DNA from: the human T2T-CHM13v2.0 reference genome, Homo sapiens
Reading direction: 5' to 3' (one strand)
Length of the DNA stretch: 64,000 bases
NCBI RefSeq assembly: GCF_009914755.1
Contig: NC_060932.1
Below, in pieces: positions 31,113 to 46,605 of the stretch (positions are counted from its first letter, which is position 1; each line of letters starts with the position of its first letter). Under the pieces are notes generated by a model, which was given only the letters and a program-made list of their open reading frames with translations, had not been told where the DNA came from and searched no databases. Both the position numbers and the translations under genes were made by a program.

Positions 31113-32706
31113 TGAGAGGTGACAACATGCTAGCAGCCCTCACTTGCTCTCGGCACCTCCTTGGCCTCGGCATCCGCTCTGGCTATGCTCGAGGAAAGCT
31201 TCAGCCCACCACTGAACTGTGGGGGCCCCTCTCTGGGCTGGCCGAGGCTGGAGCCGGCTCCCTCTGCTTGTGGGGAGGTGTGGAGGGAGAGATGTGGGCG
31301 GGAACTGGGACTGCGTGTGGCACTGGCCATCCAGTGCAAATTCTGGGTGGGTGCAGGCTCAGCGGGCCCCAGCTAGGTGGTTGCGCCAGCTCCCCAGCAC
31401 TGCCGGCCCGCCTGCACTGCGCTTGAATTCTCGCCGGGCCTCAGCCGCCTCCCCACAAGGCAGGACTCGGGACCTGCAACCCGCCATGCCTGACCCTCCC
31501 CTACCCCCCCACCCCCATGGGCTCCCGCGTGGCCTGAGCCTCCCCAACAGGCGCCGGCAGCCCCTGCTCCGCGGCCCCTGGTGCCATCGACCACCCAAGG
31601 GCTGAGGAGTGCGGGCAGATGGTGCAGGACTGGCGGGCAGCTCCGCCCGTGGCCCCTGCATGGGATCCATGAGGCGAAGCCAGCTGGGCTCCTGAGTCAG
31701 ATGGGGACTTGGAGAACTTTTATGTTTAGCCAGAGGATTGTATATTCACTAATAAGCACTCTGTGTCTAGCTTGGGGTTCGTGGATGCACCAATCAGCAC
31801 TCTCTATCTAGCTAATCTGGTAGGGACTTGGAGAATCTTTATGTATAGCTAAAGGATTGTAAATGCACCAATCAGCACCCTGTGTCTAGCTCATGGTTTG
31901 TAAACGCACCAATCAGCACCCTGTCTCTAGCTCAAAGTTTGTAAATGCACCCATCAGTGTTCTGTGTCTAGTTAATCTAGTGGGGACTTGGAGAACTTTT
32001 ACGTCTAGCTAGAGGATTGTAAATACACCAATCAGCACTCTGTGTCTAGCTCAGGGATTGTAAATGCACCAATCAGCACCCTGTCAAAAAGGACTAATCA
32101 GCTCTCTGTAAAATGGACCAATCAGCTGTCTGTAAAATGGACCAATCAGCTCTCTCTAAAATGGGCCAATCATCAGGATGTGGGTGGGGTCAGATAAGGG
32201 AATAAAAACAGGCTGCCCAAGCCAGCAGCGGCAACGTGCTCGGGTCCCCTTCCACATTGTGGAAGCTTTGTTCTTTCACTGTTTGCAATAAATCTTGCTG
32301 CTGCTCACTCTTTGGGTCTGCACTGCCTTTATGAGCTATAACACTCACCGTGAAGGTCTGCAGCTTCACTCCTGAGGCCAGCAAGACCATGAACCCACCT
32401 GGAGGAATGAACAACTCCGGACAGGAGGAACGAACAACTCCGGACAGGAGGAACGAACAACTCCAGATGCACCACCTTAAGAGGCGCCACCTTAAGAGCT
32501 GTAACACTCACCGCGAAGGTCTGCAGCTTCACTCCTGAAGCCAGCAAGACCACAAACCCACCAGAAGGAAGAAACTGAACACGTCTGAACATCAGAAGGA
32601 ACAAACTCAGGACAGACTACCTTTAAGAACTGTAACACTCACCGTAAAGGTCTTCGGCTTCATTCTTGAAGTCAATGAGACCAAGAACCCACCAATTTTG
32701 GACACA
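31113..32706 (+). mobile_element. Solo LTR12 (ERV9/HERV9 LTR, C/D/E-like)
   Basis: tgagaggtgac start, ...ggacaca end, 4-bp TSD caat (31109-31112 / 32707-32710), GC-rich U3 and CCAAT tandem repeats. Confidence 0.93.
31786..32210 (+). promoter_or_regulatory. LTR12 U3 NF-Y (CCAAT) array with GATA and TATA-like AATAAA
   Basis: 8 intact ccaatc motifs, cagataag at 32191, aataaaa at 32201. Confidence 0.75.
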
Positions 32707-33115
32707 CAATCAAATTAGAACTCAGGATGAATAAACTCACTCAAAACTGCACAACTATATGGAAACTGAACAAACTGCTCCTGAATGTCTACTGGGTAAA
32801 TAACGAAATAAAGGCAGAAGTAAAGATGTTCTTTGAAACCAATGAGAACAAAGACACAACGTAGCAGAATCTCTGAGACACATTTAAAGCAGTTTGTAGA
32901 GGGAAATTTATAGCACTAAATGCCCACAAGAGAAAGCAAGAAAGATCTAAAATCGACACCCTAATATCACAATTAAAAGAACTAGAGAAGCAAGAGCAAA
33001 CACATTCAAAAGCTAGCAGAAGGCAAGAAATAACTAAGATCACAGCAGAACTGACGGAGTTAGAGAAACAAAAAAACCTTCAAAAAATCAATGAATCCAG
33101 GAGTTGATTTTTTGA

Positions 33116-33274
<159 letters not shown>

Positions 33275-33657
33275 TAGAAAATCTAGAAGAAATGGATAAA
33301 TTCCTGGACACATACACCCTCCCAAGCCTAATCAAGAAGAAGTTGAATCTCTGAATAGACCAATAACAAGTTCTGAAAGTGAGGCAATAATTACTAGCCT
33401 ACCAACCAAAAAAAAGTCCAGGACCAGATGGATTCACAGCCAAATTCTACCAGAGGTACGAAGAAGAGCTGGTACCATTCCTTCTGAAACAATTTCAATC
33501 TCTATTAAAAGAGGGAATTGTCCCTAACACATTTTATGAGGCTAGAATCATCCTGATATCAAAGCCTGGTAGAGACACAACAAAAAAAGAGAATTTTAGG
33601 CCAATATCCCTGATGAACATCAATGTGAAAATCCCCAATAAAGTACTGGCAAACTGA

Positions 33658-34095
<438 letters not shown>

Positions 34096-37000
34096 TAGTC
34101 TCTGTTTGCAGATGACATGATTATATATTTATAAAACCCCATCGTCTCAGCCAAAATCTCCTTAAGCTGATAAGCAACTTCAGCGAAGTCTCAGGATACA
34201 AAGTCAATGTGCAAAAATCACAAGCATTCCTATACACCAATAATAGACAAACAGAGCACCAAATCATGAGTGAATTCCCACTCACAATTGCCACTAAGAG
34301 AATAAAATACCTAGGAATACAACTTACAAGGGATGTGAAGGACCTCTTCAAGGAGAACTATAAACCACTGCTCAACAAAATAAAAGAGGACACAAACAAA
34401 TGGAAGAACATTCCATGCTCATGGAAAGGAAGAATCAATATTGTGAAAATGGCCATACTGCGCAAGGTAATTTATAGATTGAATGCTGTCGCCATCAAGC
34501 TACCATTGACTTTCTTCACAGAATTGGGAAAAGCTAAAGTTCATATGGAACCAAAAAAGAGCCCGCATTGCCAAGACAATCCTAAGCAAAAAGGACAAAG
34601 CTGGAGGCATCAGGCTACCTGACTTCAAACTATACTACAAGGCTACAGGAACCAAAACAGCATGGTACTGGTACCAAAACAGATATATAGACCAATGGAA
34701 CAGAACAGAGGCCTCAGAAATAACACCACACATCTACAACTATCTGATCTTTGACAAACCTGACAAAAACCAGAAATGGGGAAAGGATTCCCTATTTAAT
34801 AAATGGTGCTGGGAAATCTGGCTAGCCATATGTAGAAAGCTAAAACTGGATCCCTTCCTTACACCATATACAAAAATTAACTCAAGGTGGATTGAAGACT
34901 TAAATGTAAGACCTAACACCATAAAACCCTAGAAGAAAACCTAGGCAATACCATTCAGGACATACACATGGGCAAAGACTTCATGACTAAAATACCAATA
35001 GCAATGGCAACAAAAGCCAAAATTGACACATGGGATCTAATTAAACTAAAGAGCTTCTGCACAGCAAAGGAAACTATCATCAGAATGAACAGGCAGCCTA
35101 CAGAATTGGAGAAAATCTTTGCAATCTACCATATGACAAAGGGCTCATATCCAGGATCTACAAAGAACTTAGACGAATTTACAAGAAAAAACAACCCCAT
35201 CAAAAAGTGGGCAAAGGATATGAACAGACACTTCTCAAAAGAGGACATTTATGCAGCCAACAAACATATGAAAAAATGCTCATCTTCACTGGTCATTAAA
35301 GAAATGCAAATCAAACCACAATGAGATACCATCTCACAGCAGTTACAATGGTGATCATTAAAAAGTCAGGAAACAATAGATGCTGGAGAGGATGTGGAGG
35401 AATAGGAAGGCTTTTACACTGTTGGTAGGAGTGTAAATGAGTTCAACCATTGTGGAAGACAGTGTGGCAATTCCTCAAGGATCTAGAACTAGAAATACCA
35501 TTTGACCCAGCAATCCTATTACTGGCTATATACCCAAAGGAGTATAAATCATTCTATGATAAAGACACATGCACACGTATGTTTGCTGCGGCACTATTCA
35601 CAATAGCAAAGACTTGGAACCAACCCAAATGTCCATCAATGATAGACTGGATTAAGAATATGTGGCACATATACACCATGGAATACTATGCAGCCATAAA
35701 AAGGATGAGTTCATGTCCTTTGCAGGGACATGGATGAAGCTGGAAACCATCATTCTCAGCAAACTATCACAAAGACAGAAAGCCAAACACCACATGTTCT
35801 CACTCATATGTGGGAGTTGAGCAATGAGAATACATGGACACAGGCTGGGGAACATCACACACCAGGGCCTATTGGGGAGTGGGGGCCTGGGAGAGGGATA
35901 GCATTAGGAGAAATACCTAATGTAAGTGTCGAGTTGATAGGTGCAGCAAACTAACATGGCACATGTATACCTATGTAACAAACCTGCACATTGTGCACAT
36001 GTACCCTAGAACTTAAAGTGTAATAATTTTTTTTAAAAAAGGCACAGAGTGGCAACTTGGATAAAGAAGAAAGACCCATCAGTATGCTATCTTCAAGACC
36101 CCCATCTTACATGCAATGACACCCATAGGCTCACAAAAGGACAGAGAAAAATCTACCAAGCAAATGGAAAACAGAAAAGAACCAAGTGTTGTTATCATAA
36201 TTTCAGACAAAACAGACTTTAAACCAGCAAAGATCAAAAAGGACAATGACGATACATGATGGTGTAAAGTTCAGTTCAATAAGACCTAACATTCCTAAAT
36301 ATATTTGCCTACAATACAGGAGCACCCAGATTCGATAAAATTCAACTTCCCATCAGTAAAAGCCCTCAACAAACTAGACATTGAAGGAACATACTTCAAA
36401 ATAATGAGAGCCATCTATGACAAACCCACAGCCAACATCATATTGAATGGGCAAAACCTGGAAACATTCCCCTTGAAAATCGGAACAAAACAAGGACACC
36501 CTCTCTCACCACTTCTATTCAACATAGTACTGGAAGTGCTAGCCACAGCAATCAAACAAGAGAAAGAAATAAAGGGCATCCAAATAGGAATGGAGGAAGT
36601 CAAACTATCCCTGTTTGAAGATGATATGATTCTTTACCTAGAAAACCCTATAGTCTCTGCCCAAAAGCTTCTTAATCTGATACTTCACCAAAGTTTCAGG
36701 ATACAAAATCAATGTACAAAAATCAGTAGCATTGCTATACACCAACAACATCCAAGCTGAGAGCCAAATTAAGAATGCAATCCCATTCACAATAGCCACA
36801 AAAAGAATGAACTGCCTAGGAATACAGCTAATCAGGGAGGTGAAACATCTCTATAATGAGAATTACAAAACACTCTTCTAAGAAATCAGAGATGACACAA
36901 ACAAATGGAAAAACATTCCATGTACATGGATGGGAAGAATCAATAATGTCAAAACAGTTATACTGCCCAAAGCAATTTATAGATTCAATGTTATTCCTAT

Positions 37001-37387
37001 TAAACTACCAATGTATTCTTCACAGAATTTAAAAAGGCTATTTTAAAATTCATATGGAACCAAGAGCCCAAATATCCAAGGCAATCCTAAGCAAAAATAA
37101 CAAAGCTAGAGGCATCACATTACCTGACTTCAAACTATATTACAAAGCTACAGTAACCAAAACAGCATAATACTTGTATAAAAACAGACATATAGGCCAA
37201 TGGAACAGAATATAGAGCCCAGGAATAATTCTGCACACCTACAACCATCTGATCTTTGACAAAGTTAACAGAAACAAGCAATGAGGAAAGGACTCCCTAT
37301 TCAATAAATGGTGCTGGGATAACTAGTTAGCCATATGCAGAAGAGTGAAACTGTACCCTTTCCTGACACCATATAAAAAAATCAACT

Positions 37388-37766
<379 letters not shown>

Positions 37767-38438
37767 CTAGTGGGAATATACAATGGTGCAGCCACTTTGG
37801 AAAACATTCTGGCAGTTCAGCAGAAGGTTAAACATAGAGTTGTTATATAATCCAGTAATTCCATCCCTAGTTACATACTCAGGAGAAATGAAAATTTTGT
37901 CCACCCAAAAACCTGTACGCAAATGTTAACAAGAGCATTATTCAAAAGATCCAAAAGGTGGAAACAATCCAAATATCCATCATGTGATGAATGGATAAAT
38001 AAAATGTGGTATATCCATACAATGGAATATTATTTGGCAATAAAAAGAAATGAATACTGATACAACCTGCAATATGCAAATGTCCAGAATAGGCAAATTT
38101 ATAGAGACAGAAAGTAGATTGATTCGTGGTTGCCAGTGGCTGGGAGTTTGAGGGGAAAGGAACATTTAGTTTTTTGGGGGGCACTGAATATATTAAAAAT
38201 CAATAAATTATACACTTAAATGAGTGAATTACATAGTATGTAAATTATACCTCAATAAAGAAAAAACTTAACAAGAATTCAGTATTGAATAATACACTAA
38301 AACTGTTTTCAGAAAAAAGAAGGGAATAAAGTAAGAACACAGGAATAAAACCATTGGAGATATATAGAAAACAAATCATGAAGTACCAGCTGTATATCCA
38401 ATAATATCAATATTTACATTAAATGTGAATGGTCTAAA

Positions 38439-38652
38439 CAAGGACTTGGCAAATGCAGGCTGCAAGCCAAATTCTGCTGCTTGTTTTGAAAAATAAAGTT
38501 CCTTTGGAACACACCCATACGCATCCATTTATATATTCTATTGCTGCTTTTGTGCTACAATAGCAAAGTTAAATGAGTGCAACAGAGACCACCGTGAAAA
38601 GTCTAAAATATGTATTATCTAGTCTCCTATGGAAAAAGTTTGCTGATCCCTG
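38439..38652 (-). mobile_element. MER58A DNA transposon fossil
   Basis: aataaagttcctttggaacac...gaaaaagtttgctgatccctg. Confidence 0.75.
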
Positions 38653-39618
38653 ATCTAAATATGCCAGTCAATGAACAGAGATTGTCAGACTAGATTTTTT
38701 TAAAAAGTCAAGATCCAACTATATTTTGCCTATAAGAGACACATTTTAGACTCAAAGACACAAATCAGTTGATAGCCAAAAGATGAGAAAAGAGAGATTA
38801 AGCATTCAATCATTTTAATAATTCAAAATGAATTAATGTAAGAGCTGAGACCATAAAACTTTTAGAAGTTTATGGCCCACTTCTTGGTATATATCCAAAG
38901 GAAATAAAACTAGTATCTCAAAGAGTTATCTGCATCCCCATGTTCATTGCAGCATTATTTACAATGGCAAAACATGGAAACAACATAAGTGTTCACTGAT
39001 GGATGAATGGATTTTAAAAAATGGTAGATTCAAATGAAATATTATTCAGCCATAAGAAACAAGGAAATTATTTCATTTGCGACAATATGGATGAATCTGG
39101 AGGACATTATACTGAGTAAAATAAGGCCAGACACAGAAAGATAAAAACTGTATGATCTCACTTTTATGTGGAATCTAAAAAAGTTGAACTCACAGAAGCA
39201 GAGAACATAATGGTGGCCGCTGGGAGCTGGGGGTTGGGGTAAATTAGGAGATGTTGGTTAAAATGTATACACTCTCACTCAGAAAATGAATAGGTTCTGG
39301 GGATCTGATGTACAGCATGGTGACTTTAGTTAATAATACTGTATTGTTTGATAAGAGAGTAGATTTTAAGCCTCCTCACCTCTCCTCAAACACACACTCA
39401 AAAAAACGTAACTATGGGTGATGAGGATGTGTTTATTTGATTGTGGTAAACAATATACAATGTATAATGTATATCAAATCATCACATTGTAAACTTTCAA
39501 TAATACAACTTTGTCAATTAAATATTTGTATATTTTAAAAGATGACAACGTGAAACAAAATCCTTGTGCCCTTGGATTAGGCAAAGATTCTTTAGACATG
39601 AAAAAGTATGATCCATAA

Positions 39619-40003
39619 TGTTATGGGCTGATCATGTAACCCCAAATTCACAAAGTACTAACCCCCAACACCCCTCATAATGTGACTGTATTTAAAGACT
39701 GAGCCTCTAAAGAGGTAATTAAAGTTCAATGAAGTCATATTGATGGACCCTAATCCAATTTGACTAGTGTCCTTATAAGAAGGAAGAGAGACACCAAGGA
39801 TGTGCATGTACTTTGGAAAGGCCATGTGAGGGACAGGGAAGGTGACCATCTGTAAGCCAAGAAAAGAGGCCTCAGAAAAATCAAACCCAATGATATCTTG
39901 ATCTTGGACTTCTACCCTCCTGAACTGTGAAAAAACTAATTTATGTTATTTAAGCCACCCAGTCTATAGAATTATATTATGGTAGCCCCAGCAAACTAAT
40001 ACA
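39619..40003 (+). mobile_element. MLT1-type MaLR LTR
   Basis: tgttatgggctg...ccctaatccaat...ccttataaga...atcttggacttc...ttaagccacccagt...aactaataca. Confidence 0.82.
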
Positions 40004-40688
40004 CATACAGTTGATAAATTAGACTTCACCACAGTTAAAAACTTTTGTGCCTCAAAGCACACCATTAAAAATGAAAAGATAAACACAGACTGAGAAAAAA
40101 TATTTGTAAATTATGAATATGATAAAACATTTATATCCAAAATATACAAAAATGTGTACAATTCCAAAAAAAGACTGCACAATATAAAAAGGGCCAAAAT
40201 ATCTGAATAAACATTTCATCCAAAAAGATATACATACAGCCAATAAGCACAAAAATGGTGATCAACATCATTAGGCTGAGATGAATGAAAATTAAAATAA
40301 AAGTCAGATGCCATTTCACACCCACCCAAATGGTTTTAATAAAAATGGCCAACAATAACAAATGTTAGCAGGGATGTGGGGAAACTGGAATGCCCAGGGT
40401 GGGAGTGTAAGATGGTATAGCCACTTTGGAAAACACTTTGGCAGTTTCTTAACATGTTAACAGAAATAGTAATTCCACTCTTAGCAATCTAGTCAAGATA
40501 AAAACATGCCCACACAAAGATTTGTATGCATGTTCATAGTAGCATCATTCATAATTGCCAAAATGGGAAAACAAATCAAATGTCCATATACTGGTAAATA
40601 GATATATAAAATGTGGTATGCTCACACAGTGGAAATCTACTTGGAAATAAAAAGAAACAAAGAACAGGTACTACAACATGGATAACCT

Positions 40689-41046
40689 TGTATTAGTCTG
40701 TTTTCACACTGCTATAAAGAATACCTGAGACTGGGTAATTTATAAAGGAAAGAGGTTTAATTGACTCACAGTTCTGCATGGCTGGGGAGGCCTCAGGAAA
40801 CTTATAACCATGGCAGAAAGCTAAGGGGAAGCAAGGCACGTCTTACATGGTGGCAGGAGAGAGAGTGAAGAAAGTCACACACTTTAAAACCATCAAATCT
40901 TGTGAGAACTTACTCACTATCATGAGAACAGCATGAGGGAAACTGCCCCCATGATCCAATCACCTCCCACCAGGTCCCTCCCTCGATGTGTGGGGATCAC
41001 GATTTGAGATGAGATTTGAGTGGAGACACAGAGCCAAACCATATCA
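40689..41046 (-). mobile_element. MSTA-like MaLR solo LTR
   Basis: tgtattagtc...aaaccatatca; 5-bp TSD aacct. Confidence 0.88.
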
Positions 41047-42305
41047 AACCTCAAAACCAATATGCACAGTGAAAGAAGCCAGATGCAAAAGGTCATATAT
41101 TGTATGATCCCATTTATATCAATATTTATATATTAATATAATATTTATATTATATTAAACGTCTGCAAAAGGCAAGTGTATAGAGACAGAAAGCAGATTA
41201 GTGGATGATGGGGGCCAGGGATACAAATGGGGAGTGAATGCCTCCAAATCAGCTAGAGGAATCTTTTTGGAGTGATGGTAATGTTCTAAAATTGCTTTGT
41301 CATGGTGTTTGCACAACTCTGTACATTTCAGGTCTATAAAAATTATTGAGTTTTACACTTAAACTGTGGGTGAATTTAATGGTATGTAAATTATACTGCA
41401 ATTCACTGCTTAAAAAGCAGCTGTAAGAGTACTGGGTTGGCTATATTAATATTAGACAAAATAAACTTTAAGGCAGGAAATATTACTAGAAATAAAGATG
41501 GGTATTTCATAATGACAAAAGGCAAATACATAGTGAAGATATAACCATTATGTGCATCAAACAGCAAAGCCACAAAATACATGAGCAAAAATTAAAGGGA
41601 AAATAGGCCATTCAATAACTGTATTTGCCAATGTCAATATTTCACTCTTAATATCTCACAGAGCAACCTGCAGAAAATCAGCAAGAGTGATGAAGACTTG
41701 AACACCATAAACTAATCTGACCTGATATTTTATAGAGATCTCCACTCAAAGACAACAAAATATGCATTCTTTTTAAGTAGATATCTACCATTATCTAGCA
41801 TATATCATATGCTAGACTACAAAACAAATCTCAACAGATTTAAAAAGTTTTAAATCATAATAAGTATTATCTGAAACCACAATGTGGTTAAATTAGAAAT
41901 CAGCCACAGAAAGAAGGTTGAGACATACAAAAATATTTGCAAATTAAACAGTAAATGGCTAAATAACCTATGAGTCAAGAAATAAAGCACAAAGAAAATT
42001 AGAAAATATTTTAAATTAAATGAAAATAAAAATAAAGCATAGCAAAATGTATAGGATACAGCAGAGCAATGTTTAGAAGGCAATGTATAGCTTTAAATGC
42101 CCATGTTAAAAAGAATGGTTTCAATTCAATAAGTTAATCTTCCCTCTTAAGAAATCAGAAAAATAAGAGCCACTTAAACCTAAGAATGGAAATATTAAAG
42201 ATGAGTACTAAAATTAATGAAATAGAAAACAAAAAGGCAGTAGAGAAAAGCAATGAAACCAACAATCTGTTCTTTGAAAATATAAACAAAACTGATGCAC
42301 TTTTA

Positions 42306-42524
<219 letters not shown>

Positions 42525-42749
42525 CTACCAAAATCAGGAATAAAAAGGAAACAGCATTACTAACTCTAGACTCTACAGAACTTATTAGATGGCTTAGTTA
42601 AAATGAACAAATTCCTAAAAAGATGCAAATTACTGAAACTGACTCAAGAAAGAATAGAAGATCTGAATCAACCTATAACAAGTAAAGAAATTGAATTCCC
42701 ACAATGAAAAGCTCAAGCCTAGAAGGCTTTACTGGTGAATTCTATAAAC

Positions 42750-43083
42750 CAGCAGTCACCAACCTTTTTTTGGCACCAGGAACCGGTTTTGTGGAAGACA
42801 GTTTTTCCACAGATGGCACAGTGGCTGGGGATGGTTTTGGGATGAAACTGTTCCATCTCAGATCATCAGGCACTAGTTAGATTCTCACAGGAAGCGTGCA
42901 ACCGAGATCCCTTGCATGCACAGTTCACAATAGGGTCCATGCTCCTATGAGATTCTAATGCCTCCGCTGATCATGGAGTTCAGCTTTGCTGGCTGGTCCA
43001 CAGCTCACTTCCTGCTTGTGCAGCCCACGTCCTAACACGTCACAGACCAGCAGTGGTCCATGGCCTGGGGGTGGGGACCCCTG
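42750..43083. mobile_element. MER1B hAT-Charlie DNA transposon
   Basis: cagcagtcaccaacc...gggacccctg TIRs; 8-bp TSD ctataaa(c/a). Confidence 0.85.
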
Positions 43084-44422
43084 CTATAAAAGATATCAAA
43101 AAGAAATAAATGATATCAAAAAGAAATATAAATATAATGATATCATGATATCAAATTTGATACGATATCAAAAACAAATATAAATGATATCAAAAAGAAA
43201 TAAAACCAATCCTAAACTCTTCCTTTAAAAGTTTATTTACATATTTTTAGACAGTGTCTCACTCTGTCACTCAGGCTGGAGTGTAGTGGCTCAAATCACA
43301 GCTCACTGCAGTCTTGAACTCCTGGCCTCAAGCAATCCTCCTGCCTTGGCCTCCCAAGGCAGGGAGTATGTATGCTGGGACTACAGGCATAAGCCATCAC
43401 ACCAGTCCCTACCTAAAGTCTTTTAGAAAGTGGAGACGGAGGAAACACCTCCAAACTCATCCTATGTGGTTAGTAGTATGCTGATAATTTCTGGAAGCCA
43501 TAACTTAAAAATAACACCTGGCAATAAGTATCTCCCCAATCTGTACTACCTGAAACACCTGTATCAACGGAATGGGCTGACTTGGATGGCCAGGACCACC
43601 TGGATTTCCTCTTTGAACCACTAAGATAAATGAGATATCAAGTATCATCTCTGGCCATATTGCTAGTGGTAGATGGTTATGGTGCATTTCCTCCTCCTTA
43701 ATAGTTTCTTGTCCACAATAGGCACTGTCAAGCTAACTATCAATGAGAACTTGTACCTTTGTGTGCCTTTCTGGATTAAATGTGTCAGCATTGTTATCTT
43801 TTAACGCTTTATCCTTTGGTGGCCAACTATATTTGGTCAAGCCATGTATTTTTCATCAGCCTCTAGATGATAATCCAGTAATCCAGTGCAATACTTAGAG
43901 TTCACCCATTCTTTGTCCACTTTGACTGCCAACAATCTACAAAGTGATGTTTTAAAGACAATACCAACTTAGAATCTTTATTTCTACATATTTTACATAA
44001 CATTTCTGCTTCACTTAAGCCACCACTACAGAATGTATAGGCAACTTACTGTACTCCACCTGGAATCTGTTTCAAGGTTATGGCAATTTATACCTAGCTG
44101 CATTTAAACCATTGAAATTTTTGTTGACTGGGAACAAGTACACTACCCAAGAACAAACCTTTGGAGTGAAAGTGGGAAGTACTTTCCTGTTAGAAGACCA
44201 CTACTTTAGCCCTCCAGAATGATAGAAACACTCAACTTGGTGATTTTATCACTTCAGTTGCTCTCTCATATGTTATTCCAATATATGTTGCCCTGCTACT
44301 TGTACCATCTAAGTCTTTAGACCGTTTCTTGCTTTCTTAGTATAAATGGTACTGTTTCCTGATGGTGAATTCCTTCACCCAAGAATATCACTTTGTAAAT
44401 ATTTTAGAGTTTGATGAATATT

Positions 44423-44799
44423 TCCTTCCTTCCTTCCTTTTTTCCTTCCTTCCTTCCTTCCTTCCTTCCTTCCTTCCTTCCTCTCTCTCTCTCTCTCTCT
44501 TTCTTTTCTTTTCTTAAGACAGGGTCTTATTCTGTCACCAAGGCTGGAGTGCAGTGGCATGATCTTGGCTCACTACAGCCTCAGCCGCCTCAGCTCACGT
44601 GATCCTCTCATCTCAGCCTCTTGAGTAGCTGGGACGACAGGCGCATGCCACCATGCCTGGCTAATTTTTTAAAATTATTTTTAGTGATGAGGTCTCACCA
44701 TGTTGCCCAGGCTGGTCTTGAACTCTGAGGCTCAAGCAATTCTCCTGCCTTGGCCTCCCAAAGTGCTGCGATTACAGGTGTGAGCCACTGTGCCCGGCC
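44423..44799 (-). mobile_element. AluJ-like SINE with (CCTT)n(CT)n tail
   Basis: Alu consensus plus microsatellite 44423-44515. Confidence 0.9.
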
Positions 44800-45420
44800 T
44801 CATGAAATATTTTCTTGGAATGGTTGTTCAGCTATGACAACCACCCTCCAAATGCCTTCAGATGTTGCAGAGGGCAGTTAGGCATATTGCTTACAAATTT
44901 CTTCTGCATTCCACTTTAAAATAGTATTTATAGAATTAGTCAATTCTATTCCATTCTATCCTCTCTGTTCCTCCACAACATTTATTGTATCACCAGGTTT
45001 TGAGTCCCATTTTGATACACTGTTAGCATTTCCACATTTCAATATTGTCTCATATCCATGTAAATGCTCAAGGGAGAAAGAAAATGGTATCCAGGGAGAT
45101 TTTTACCCTTTGAAGGAACACTAGTGTCCTAATTGAAATTAAGATCTGAAAGTATATTTGATTTAATTCATGTTCTACTTCTTATAATATGGGTAGTAAT
45201 CTTTCCAGTGTTAATTTCTTTGGCTTTTGAAACTTCATGTCTCTATAGTATACCATCCCATGATCCCATTGGCAGTAAGTACAAATAATACTGTGATTTG
45301 ATTCCCCATTTATAAGCCTGCTCTTTTAATAGAGTTTATAACCAGAAGCAGTATTCTGGAAAAACAACATAATGGTGTGTTGTAACAGCTTAGAATTTGG
45401 CTACTCAAAGTGTGGTCAGA

Positions 45421-46205
45421 GATTAGAGAAATGCAAATCAAAACCACAATGAGATACTATCTCATGCCAGTCTGAATGACTATTATTAAAAAGTCAAAAA
45501 AAAAAAACAACTGATGCTGGTGAGGAAGTGGAGAAAAAGGAACGCTTTTACACTATTGGTGGGAATGTAAATTAGTTCAACCATTGTGGAAGACAGTGTG
45601 GTGATTCCTCAAAGATCTAGAGGCAGAAATACCATTTGACCCAGAGATCCCATTACTGGGTATACACCCAGAGGAATATAAATCATTCTATTGTAAAGAC
45701 ACGTGCATATGTTATGTTCATTTCATCACTATTCACAAAAGCAAAGACATGGAATCAACCTAAATGTCCATTGCTGATAGGACAGGATAAAGAAAATATT
45801 GTACATATACACCATGGAATACTATGCAGCCATAAAAGTGAACAAGATCATGTTCTTTGCAGGGACATGGATGAAGTTGGAAGCCATTATCCTCAGCAAA
45901 CTAATGCAGGTACAGAAGACCAAACATTGCATGTTCTCACTTATAAGTGGGAGCTGAATGATAAGAAAACATAGACACATGGTGGGGAAAAACACACAAC
46001 ACACACCGGGGCCTATGGGGGAGGAGGGCCATCAGGTGGAAAGAGAGCATCAGGAAGAATAGCTAATGAATACTGGGCTTAATACCTGGATGATGAGATG
46101 ATCTGTGCAACAAACTATCACAGCACATGTTTACCTATGTAATAAACCTGCACCTCCTGTGTACTCCTGAACTAAAAATAAAAGCTGAAGAAAAACAAAA
46201 CAAAA
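45421..46205 (+). mobile_element. 5'-truncated L1PA 3' end inserted in a MER5-like element (~45399-46670)
   Basis: L1 3' consensus; 15-bp TSD caaagtgtg(g/a)tcaga. Confidence 0.88.
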
Positions 46206-46257
46206 CAAAGTGTGATCAGAAAATCAGGAGCATTTACATAACTTGAGAGCTTCTTAG

Positions 46258-46605
<348 letters not shown>

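Noticed and set aside
31786-32175. Regularly spaced repeats superficially like a CRISPR array
   Set aside because: Known LTR12 U3 CCAAT tandem units; the spacers are themselves repetitive and the DNA is human
31106-32604. Multiple overlapping ORFs on both strands
   Set aside because: GC-rich LTR12 sequence; stop-poor by composition
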